Part shown: one piece after another, positions 56,505-64,000 of the stretch
Layout of the letters: each line of letters starts with the position of its first letter
How positions within the stretch are numbered: position 1 is the stretch's first letter
NCBI GenBank assembly: GCA_963702005.1
Contig: OY969696.1
Location: 2,080,001-2,144,000 of the forward strand
Origin: Candidatus Aminicenantes bacterium
Lineage (GTDB): Bacteria > Acidobacteriota > Aminicenantia > Aminicenantales > JAFGBC01
Length of the DNA: 64,000 nt
Direction: 5' to 3'
Notes under the pieces: model-generated
What the model saw: only the letters and a program-made list of their open reading frames with translations
Databases searched by the model: none
Told to the model about the DNA's origin: nothing
Translations under genes and position numbers: made by a program

Positions 56505-58532
56505 ATGACCATGTCCCACTCAAAGATGAACAAGCTCGGATTCGGCCCTCTGCGGACGGCGGCCGTTCTTGCCGGATTCTTGATTCTTATCGCGGCCCCG
56601 CCGTCAAGAGCCTCGGTTCCGACGATCGGAGCCCAAGAGACGGTCAATCCATCGTCGCCCTCCCTCGAATCCCTCCTCAAGGATCTCGCGGTCTTCCAGA
56701 ACGGCGGGACCGAGGAAGTCCTCCACGCCTTCAGGGCCTACGTCAGGGCTCATCGCGACGGCGCGGTCGAGCGCGAATCCCTCGAAACGAAGCTCGACGC
56801 CTTTCTCGCGGGCGAGGCCGCGCCGGCCGGTAAGATGGCCGTCTGCCGCGAGCTCAGGTATATCGGAACGGATCGATCCGTTCCGATCTTGGCGGGGCTT
56901 CTCAGCGCGGCCGACACGACCGACGCCGCGCGTTATGCCCTGGAAAAAATCCCCGGCCCCGCCGCGGACACGGCTTTGATCGAAGCCCTGGGCCGAACCT
57001 CGGGTCCGGTCAAGCTCGGCATCATCCAAAGCTTGGGCGGCAGGAAGTTGCTGGGCGCCGTGCCGGTACTGGCCCAGCTCGTCCTGATGGGGGACGAGGC
57101 GACGGCGGGCGCGGCCGCAGTGGCCCTCGGTGCGGTCGGCGGGCCCGATGCATCAAAGGTCTTGGCCAATTTGCTGGGCGTCGCGTCCGGCGAGGTGAAG
57201 TCGCGCGTCGCCTCGGCTCTGCTCCTCTGCGGTGAGGAAGCCCTCAAAAAGAAAGACATCATATCCGCCGCCGCGGTATTTGATAAGGTTTTTAGTTCCA
57301 AGCTTTCTGAACCCATTCACCAGGCGGCTTTCAAAGGGAAGGTCCGCGCGTCGGGAAATCACGCCGAAGAGATTGTCCTGGCTGCCCTGGGCGGCCGCGC
57401 CATCGGGCTGCGCGAAGCCGCCCTCGACCTGATTTCGGAAGTCTTCGGGCCGGGCTCGATCGGCCGCGCGACGGCGCTCTTCCCCAATCTCCTCCCGCCC
57501 GAGAAGGTCCGTTTTCTCTCCATCCTGGCAGGCTATCCTAAAGACTCCGCTTTGCCGGTTATCAAGGCAGCTGCGGATAACCCGGACGTTGCCGTCCGCG
57601 TCGAAGCCTTGAGAGTCCTCGAGAAAATCGGTGACGGCTCGGCCGTCGGACTCCTCGCCGAGCGGGCGGCCCGCGCGCGCGGAGATGAGCAGCTCGCGGC
57701 CCGGACGAGCTTGTGGGGAATGAAAGGATTCGATATCGACAAGGCCGTTCTCGGCTTGCTGGCGGCCGCCACGGACGAGGCCGTCAAGGCCGAGGCCGTC
57801 CGCGCCGTCGGCGAGCGTTCGATCGGCGCCGGGAAAGACGCCCTGACCGGGCTCGTCCGCTCCGGCCCCGCCGCCCTTCGTCTCGAAGCCGTCCGCGGCC
57901 TCAAAGGCCTGTCCGGGCCCGAGGACCTTTCCGCCCTCCTCGTCCTTCTCCTCAGGCTAGAGGACGAGACCGAGCAGGAAGAGATGCGGAACCTCATCGC
58001 GGGCGTCGCGCTGACCGGCGTCCGGACGAACGCCCGGGCCGACGCCGTCAAATCTTTGCTCGCGGTCACGACCGACGTCAAGGGCCGCGCTTCTCTTCTT
58101 CGGGTGCTGGGGAAGATCGGAGACGACAGCGGCCTTCCCTTGATTAGAAAAGCGCTGGCCGAGGGGAATCCGGACCTGACGGACGCGGCCGTGCGATCGC
58201 TTTGCGACTGGCCGACGGCAACGGCCAAGGATGATGTCGCGGCCTTAGCCCGGATATCGGCGAATCCCGTCCACAGAGTTCTGGCCCTTCAGGCCTTCAT
58301 CCGAATGGTCGAACTCGAGCCTTACCGGAATCCGGCCGCGGCCGCGGCCGACCTCGAATCCGCGCTCAAGCTCGCTTCGCGGCCCGAGGAGAAGAAGCTC
58401 GTCCTGGGCGTTCTCCCCCGATTCGCCTGTCCGGAAGCCCTGGCTCTCGCCCAGTCCCTCGTCGGCGATCCCGACGTCAAGGCCGAGGCCGAGATCGCGA
58501 TCGCCGGGATCAAAGAGAGGCTCGGCGGCTGA
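56505..58532 (+). CDS. Exported HEAT-repeat protein
   Basis: Signal peptide; repeated VRxxAxxALxxIG-type helical units. Confidence 0.8.
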   Translation: MTMSHSKMNKLGFGPLRTAAVLAGFLILIAAPPSRASVPTIGAQETVNPSSPSLESLLKDLAVFQNGGTEEVLHAFRAYVRAHRDGAVERESLETKLDAFLAGEAAPAGKMAVCRELRYIGTDRSVPILAGLLSAADTTDAARYALEKIPGPAADTALIEALGRTSGPVKLGIIQSLGGRKLLGAVPVLAQLVLMGDEATAGAAAVALGAVGGPDASKVLANLLGVASGEVKSRVASALLLCGEEALKKKDIISAAAVFDKVFSSKLSEPIHQAAFKGKVRASGNHAEEIVLAALGGRAIGLREAALDLISEVFGPGSIGRATALFPNLLPPEKVRFLSILAGYPKDSALPVIKAAADNPDVAVRVEALRVLEKIGDGSAVGLLAERAARARGDEQLAARTSLWGMKGFDIDKAVLGLLAAATDEAVKAEAVRAVGERSIGAGKDALTGLVRSGPAALRLEAVRGLKGLSGPEDLSALLVLLLRLEDETEQEEMRNLIAGVALTGVRTNARADAVKSLLAVTTDVKGRASLLRVLGKIGDDSGLPLIRKALAEGNPDLTDAAVRSLCDWPTATAKDDVAALARISANPVHRVLALQAFIRMVELEPYRNPAAAAADLESALKLASRPEEKKLVLGVLPRFACPEALALAQSLVGDPDVKAEAEIAIAGIKERLGG

Positions 58533-58543
58533 TCCCCGGCCGG

Positions 58544-59680
58544 CTATTTTTTGCCGTCCAGGTAAAAGTCCGCTACTTTAAGGGCCAGCGCCCGGGCGTC
58601 GAGGTCGGCCCGGTTGCAGAGGATGATCACGGTGAGCCCGTCGTCGACGAAACGTTGGATCGCCGTCCGGAATCCGACGGTCTCGCCGTAGTGCCAAACC
58701 CGGGCGTGGCCTTTCCAGGCGTTCAGGAACCAGCCGAAACCGTATTCCGCCGTCGTCCCGTCGGGCTCGGTCGGCGGCCCTTCCGGAACGCGAACGGGAG
58801 TCCAAGCGGCCCGCAGCTCCGACTCGCTCAGGAGGGTCCGCCGGCGCAGCGCTTCATCCCATTTCATGAGGTCCGAGAGCGAGGAGTAGACGCCTCCGTC
58901 CCCCAAGGTTGCCGAGGTCGGGCTCTGGTCCGTTTCGCTCCAGCGGCCGCCGTCCTTGGCATGGCCGTAGGCGCGGTCCGCCACCTCATTCCGGCCGCGT
59001 ACGTAGGCCACCGTGCCCGTCATCTTGAGCGGGACGAAAATGCGGTCGCGGAGAAAATCGGCGAACGTCCGGCCCGAGGCTTTCTCGACGATGAGGCCCA
59101 GCAGGACGTAGCCCGAGTTGCTGTAGGCCCATCTCGCGCCCGGCGCGAACTTGCCGGAATTTTGCCGTTTCAGGAGATCCAGAACCTCGGCGTCCTTGAT
59201 CTGGATTTGCTCCACGGGAAGGGAAGGGTCGGCGGCGGCCATCAGGTCTTCGTAATCGGGGAGGCCCAAGGTGTGGTTGAGGAGCTGACGCACGGTAATG
59301 GGGCGGCCGTATTCGGGGAAGTCGGGGAAGATATCGGTCAGGCTGTCTTCAAGCCGGAGTTTCCCGTCGCGCACCAGCAGTAGGACGGCCGCGGCGGTGA
59401 ACGCCTTCGTACACGAGGCCAGGCGGAAGTTCGTCCGGCCATCGATCCGGCGCATCGTCCGCAGGTCCGCGACTCCAAACCCTCGCTCGATGACGGAGCG
59501 GCCGTCCTTCACGACCAGGACCGCCGCCCCGGGCTCTTGATCTGAGATCAAGCCCGCCAGCAGGGCGTCGACTTGCCTCGACGACCGGTTTGATCCGGCC
59601 GGCCGGCATGCGACAACGAGCGGAAAGATCAGACTCAAGATCGTCAATGTTTTAAGCGCCTGTCCCAGCGGGATGTCCAT
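58544..59680 (-). CDS. Serine hydrolase, beta-lactamase/AmpC family (possible lipoprotein)
   Basis: FRLASCTK (SxxK), LLNHT, YSNSGY, HYG; lipobox-like VVAC. Confidence 0.9.
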   Translation of the reverse strand: MDIPLGQALKTLTILSLIFPLVVACRPAGSNRSSRQVDALLAGLISDQEPGAAVLVVKDGRSVIERGFGVADLRTMRRIDGRTNFRLASCTKAFTAAAVLLLVRDGKLRLEDSLTDIFPDFPEYGRPITVRQLLNHTLGLPDYEDLMAAADPSLPVEQIQIKDAEVLDLLKRQNSGKFAPGARWAYSNSGYVLLGLIVEKASGRTFADFLRDRIFVPLKMTGTVAYVRGRNEVADRAYGHAKDGGRWSETDQSPTSATLGDGGVYSSLSDLMKWDEALRRRTLLSESELRAAWTPVRVPEGPPTEPDGTTAEYGFGWFLNAWKGHARVWHYGETVGFRTAIQRFVDDGLTVIILCNRADLDARALALKVADFYLDGKK

Positions 59681-59815
59681 TGAGAGGAGATCGTAATTCA
59701 ACTGATGGGGAAATATCAAGGGCCGCCGCTTTTTTGGGGTGTTGACGTTAACGCATCGCCGGCGGTATACTTCGGGCCATGGCGGCAAATCCCATCTCAC
59801 GCGGAAAGGAATGAC

Positions 59816-61625
59816 ATGGGCTTACAAGGACTGGATTGGATCACGCTGAGCTTGTATTTCGCTTTGATCATCGGCGTCGCCTGGTGGGTCATCCGTAAAA
59901 GAAAAGACACCGCCGCCGATTATTTCCTGGCCGGCCGCAACCTCAGCTGGTGGATTATCGGGGCCTCGATCTTCGCCTCGAACATCGGCTCGGAGCACAT
60001 CGTGGGCCTGGCCGGGACCGGGGCGACGGACGGCGTCGCGATGGCTCACTACGAGCTCCACGCCTGGTGCCTGCTGGTGCTGGCCTGGGTCTTCGTCCCC
60101 TTCTACGCACGTTCGCTGGTGTTCACCATGCCGGAATTCCTGGAGCGGCGTTTTTCCAGCCACTCGAGATACGTCCTGTCCGTCGTGTCGCTGATCACCT
60201 TCATCGTCACCAAGATCGCGGTCGGGATATTCGCCGGCGGGGTCGTGTTCGCGACGCTGCTGCCTGAGCTTCACTTGCGCCTGGGCGGAGTGCAGGTCAA
60301 CAGCTTCTGGATCGGGTCGGTGCTGGTGATCGTGCTGACCGGCTTGTACACCATGCTGGGAGGCATGCGCGCGGTCGCCTACAACGACGCGGTCCAGGTC
60401 TTCATCCTCATCCTGGGCTCGGCGACGTTGACCATCTACGGATTGGTGAAGCTGGGCGGCTGGGAGCAGCTGCGCGCGCTGTGCGGCTCGGATATGTTCA
60501 ACCTCTGGAAGCCTCTCATCCCTCATGGGGTGCAGGCGAGCTGGGCTCCGGTCATGGTCAAGAATGCCGCGGGCCAGGTCGTCAAGCAGGCCTGGTATTT
60601 CAACGGGTATTATCCGTGGCTGGGGATGCTGTTTTGCGCGCCGATCATCGGGTTGTGGTATTGGTGCACCGATCAGTATATCGTCCAGAGAGCGCTGGGA
60701 GCTCCCAACGAGCGGACCGCCCGCCGCGGCAGCATCTTCGCCGGGATTCTGAAGCTCCTGCCCGTCTACCTGTTCATCGTGCCGGGCCTGATCGCCTACG
60801 CGCTGGCCAAGAGCGGCAAGGTGCCCGGGACTGGAGGTCATGGTCTCACCGGACGGCAGTCCGATACCCCATCAGGCCCAGGCGGCCTTCCCGTTGATGG
60901 TTAAATACATGCTGCCGACCGGATTGCGGGGTTTGGTGGTCGCCGGATTGCTGTCCGCTTTGATGGGGTCGCTGGCCGGAGTCTTCAACGCCTGTTCGAC
61001 GTTGTTCACGGTGGATCTCTATGGGAAGTGGCGGCCCCACGCCTCGCAGCATCAGATCGTGCGCATCGGCCGCATCGCCACCGGCGTCATGGTCTTTATT
61101 GCCCTGATGTGGATTCCCGTCATCCAGGGGGCGCGCGGGCTGTACAACTACCTTCAGTCTGTGCAGGGCTACCTGGCGCCGCCCATCTTCGTCGTCTTTT
61201 TCTTCGGCGTCTTCTGGAAGCGCCTCAACGCCAAAGGCTGCCTGTGGGCCCTGATCGTGGGCTTCTCCCTCGGCCTCTTCCGCATGTTCGTGGACACCCC
61301 GGTCGCGCTGGGCTTGTTCGGGTACGCCGATGCGGCGCGGACGGTCGCGAACGGCTACGCCTCGGGATCGTTCCTGTGGATCGTCAACAACATCTATTTT
61401 CAATACTTCAGCGTGCTCATCACGGTTGTCTCGATCCTGGTCATGATCGTGGTCAGCTACCTGACGAGCGAGCCGGAGTACGAAAAGATCAAGAGCCTGA
61501 CCTTCGGCACCTCCACCGATGAAGATCGCCGGTGCACCCGTCTGAGCTGGGATTGGCACGACTTGCTGGGGTCCGCCATCGTCCTGGCGTTCATTCTCGG
61601 CGCTTACTTGTACTTCAGGGGATAA
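59816..61625 (+). pseudogene. Sodium:solute symporter (SSS) split by a +1 frameshift at about 60827-60829
   Basis: YFLAGR, ASNIGSEH, PEFLERRF, DQYIVQR in ORF 1; GLLSALMGS, LAPPI in ORF 2. Removing one G from CCCGGGA restores VPGLEVMVSPDG. Confidence 0.85.
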
Positions 61626-61630
61626 GCCGA

Positions 61631-63016
61631 TCAGTTGCCGGGTCCTTTGTACATTCTAGCCCAGATCTGTTTGCCCTTCGCGTCGTACTTGACGGTCCCA
61701 AATCCGGAGCCGTTGCCAGAACCCTTGCTCTGTCCGGTGATATAGACGTTGCCCGCGCCGTCGACGGCAATGTCCATGGCGATATCGAGGCCGTTGCCCG
61801 GCCCGTTGTACGTTTTGGCCCAGACCAGCTTGCCGTTGGGGCCGTACTTAATGGTGAGGTAGTCGTAATTGTCCTTATTGGCGTGTGAAACCGAACCGTA
61901 TCCGGTGAGATAGACATTGCCCGAACCGTCCAACACAACGGCGTATGAAAAATCGTTGCCCTTGGCCGTCCCGTCATATCTTCGGACCCAGAGTTGTTCG
62001 CCGCCGGGGCTGTACTTGATAGTGGCGGAGTTGCTGCTATAAAGGGATGGACCTATGCTCCAACCCGTGACATAGGCATTCCCCGAGCCGTCCACCGCGA
62101 TGGCCGTGGGAAAATCGCCGTGGTTCGCCGGTCCGTCGTACCATCGGACCCAGAGTTGTTTGCCGCCGGGGCCGTACTTAATGGTGGCGTAGTCGCCGTC
62201 TATAGCGAGGTTATATTTACCCCAGGCGGTGATATAGACATTGCCCGAGCCGTCAACCGCCGCCGCCCGTGCCATTTCACTGTGGTTATCCGGCCCGCTG
62301 TACGTTCTTGCCCAAAGCTGTTTGCCGTTTGTGTCGTACTTGATGGTGAGGCATTCGTGAGTGTACCCCGGACCGTCTCTATCTCCAGTGACATAGGCAT
62401 TGCCCGAGCCGTCCACGACGATGGCCCGCGCGCCGGCGAAGCCGCTGTAGGGATCGGTATACCTTTGAGCCCAGAGCTGTTTGCCGCTTGTCATGTACTT
62501 GATTGTCACGACGTCTTTGCCCATAGCCGGACCGACGCTGACTCCGGTGACATAGACGTTGCTCTGTCCATCGACCGAAAGCGCGAACCCCTCATCCGCG
62601 CGGTTGCCAGTCCCGTTGTACCTTTTGGCCCAGAGCTGCTGGCCGTTTGTGTCGTATTTGATGGTCGCATAGTCGGAGTCGCTGCCCGAACCTTTGCTTT
62701 CTCCGCTGATAAAAACATTACCCGCGCCGTCCACCGCGATCGCCACGGCGCCGTCATAGCCGTTGCCGGGTCCGTTGTACCTATTGACCCAGAGCCGTTT
62801 ACCATTTGTGTTGTACTTGATGGTCGCATAGTCGTAATCGGTGCCCGAGCCCAAGCTGTGCCCGGTGACATAGACGTTGCCCGAGCCGTCCACGGCGATG
62901 GCGACGGCGTTATCGGTGAGGTCGGGGGTTCCGAGGCCGCGCCCTTCTCCTAGAAGAATCAGCAGGGGAACGGCGGTAAGGATGACTCCGACTGCGATCC
63001 AGGCCTTTTTCTTCAT
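61631..63016 (-). CDS. Secreted SBBP-repeat beta-propeller protein
   Basis: Signal peptide; about 8 repeats of about 53 aa: AIAVDGSGNVYVTG...ATIKY...GKQLW...YNGP. Confidence 0.88.
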   Translation of the reverse strand: MKKKAWIAVGVILTAVPLLILLGEGRGLGTPDLTDNAVAIAVDGSGNVYVTGHSLGSGTDYDYATIKYNTNGKRLWVNRYNGPGNGYDGAVAIAVDGAGNVFISGESKGSGSDSDYATIKYDTNGQQLWAKRYNGTGNRADEGFALSVDGQSNVYVTGVSVGPAMGKDVVTIKYMTSGKQLWAQRYTDPYSGFAGARAIVVDGSGNAYVTGDRDGPGYTHECLTIKYDTNGKQLWARTYSGPDNHSEMARAAAVDGSGNVYITAWGKYNLAIDGDYATIKYGPGGKQLWVRWYDGPANHGDFPTAIAVDGSGNAYVTGWSIGPSLYSSNSATIKYSPGGEQLWVRRYDGTAKGNDFSYAVVLDGSGNVYLTGYGSVSHANKDNYDYLTIKYGPNGKLVWAKTYNGPGNGLDIAMDIAVDGAGNVYITGQSKGSGNGSGFGTVKYDAKGKQIWARMYKGPGN

Positions 63017-63076
63017 CTCGCCCCTCCTTGGTACGCGACGGTCATTTTACATAGCGAGCAAGGATATCATCAATTG

Positions 63077-64000
63077 TCAATACTTAATGGTGGCAAAGTC
63101 GGAATCTGTGCCCGAGCCTTTGCTTTCTCCGGTGATATAGATATTGGCCGCGCCGTCCACGGCAACGGCACTAGCGCTGTCATAGTTATTGCCGGGTCCG
63201 TTGTACCTTTTGACCCAGATCTGTTTGCCGTTAGGGTCGTACATAATGGTGGCGAAGTCGGAATCGGTTCCGTTACCTACGCTCTCTCCGGTGACATAGA
63301 CGTTGCCCGAGCCGTCCACGGCAAGTGCCATTGCGCAGTCATAGTCGTTGCCGGGTCCGTTGTATCTTTTAATCCATAGCTGTTTGCCGTTTTTATTGAA
63401 CTTGAGGGTGGCAAAATCGTAATCGTTGCCCGAGCCCTTGCTCCATCCGGCGACATAGACGTTCCCCGAACCATCCACGGCAATGGCCTGTGCGCCATCG
63501 TTGTCCTTTCCCGGCCCGTTATATCTTTTAGCCCACATCAGTTTGCCGCTGGGGCTGTATTTTATCGTGACGAAGTCGTAATCGGTGCCCGAAACCAGGC
63601 TCTGTCCGGTAACATAGACATTGCCCGCGCCGTCCACGGCGACGGCCTGTGCTCTATCGGTGCCGTTGCCCGGCCCGTTATATCTCTTGGCCCATGTCTG
63701 TTTGCCGCTTTTACTGTACGTGATGGTCGCGTAGTCGCTGCCGGTGCCTGAGCCGGCGCTCTCGCCGGCGACATAGACGTTGCCAGAGCCGTCCACCGCG
63801 ATGGACCTCGGCCAATCCTGATTGTTGCCCGGCCCGTTATACCTTCGAACCCAAATCTCTTTGCCGCTCGCGTTGTACTTGATGGTGGCAAAGTCGGCGG
63901 CGGTGCCTGAGCCGGCGCTCATTCCTGTGATGTAGACGTAGCCCGAACCGTCCACCGCGATAGCGCGCGCCTCATCATATCCTCCGCCGTCGTACCTTTG
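63077..64000 (-). CDS. Second SBBP-repeat protein (5' end outside the window)
   Basis: Same 53-aa repeat; the frame stays open to the window edge. Confidence 0.85.
   Translation of the reverse strand, partial: QRYDGGGYDEARAIAVDGSGYVYITGMSAGSGTAADFATIKYNASGKEIWVRRYNGPGNNQDWPRSIAVDGSGNVYVAGESAGSGTGSDYATITYSKSGKQTWAKRYNGPGNGTDRAQAVAVDGAGNVYVTGQSLVSGTDYDFVTIKYSPSGKLMWAKRYNGPGKDNDGAQAIAVDGSGNVYVAGWSKGSGNDYDFATLKFNKNGKQLWIKRYNGPGNDYDCAMALAVDGSGNVYVTGESVGNGTDSDFATIMYDPNGKQIWVKRYNGPGNNYDSASAVAVDGAANIYITGESKGSGTDSDFATIKY

Noticed and set aside
58544-59680. Antibiotic-resistance beta-lactamase
   Set aside because: The motifs only place it in the broad serine hydrolase family; its activity cannot be inferred.

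Overview
GC-rich bacterial chromosomal window that is mostly accessory. The lineage cannot be fixed from sequence alone; the gene mix is reminiscent of Acidobacteriota/Aminicenantes-like anaerobes (inference). About 1-29 kb is a defence island. It holds TA modules, two AAA_14/DUF4143 ATPases, an IS200-type element, a coupled Hsp70-TPR + SF1 helicase pair and an HNH nuclease. It also holds a lower-GC operon of YprA/DUF1998 helicase, SNF2 helicase and N6-adenine methylase (DISARM-I/ARMADA-like), followed by PIN and PD-(D/E)XK genes separated by a decayed copy of the methylase 3' end, then AbiEi/AbiEii and a Gp37/Gp68 protein. About 29-51 kb is a mosaic of many TA loci (several decapitated), an ARPP-1 protein, a HigA-ImmA-Macro fusion, a GHKL ATPase and secreted beta-propeller or hydrolase genes. 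About 52-64 kb has a Tat-exported sugar oxidoreductase cluster, a serine hydrolase, a frameshifted sodium:solute symporter and two SBBP-repeat genes. Three families of REP/MITE-like palindromes punctuate module boundaries. No rRNA, tRNA or CRISPR array was seen. All family calls are from motif recognition, not database searches.
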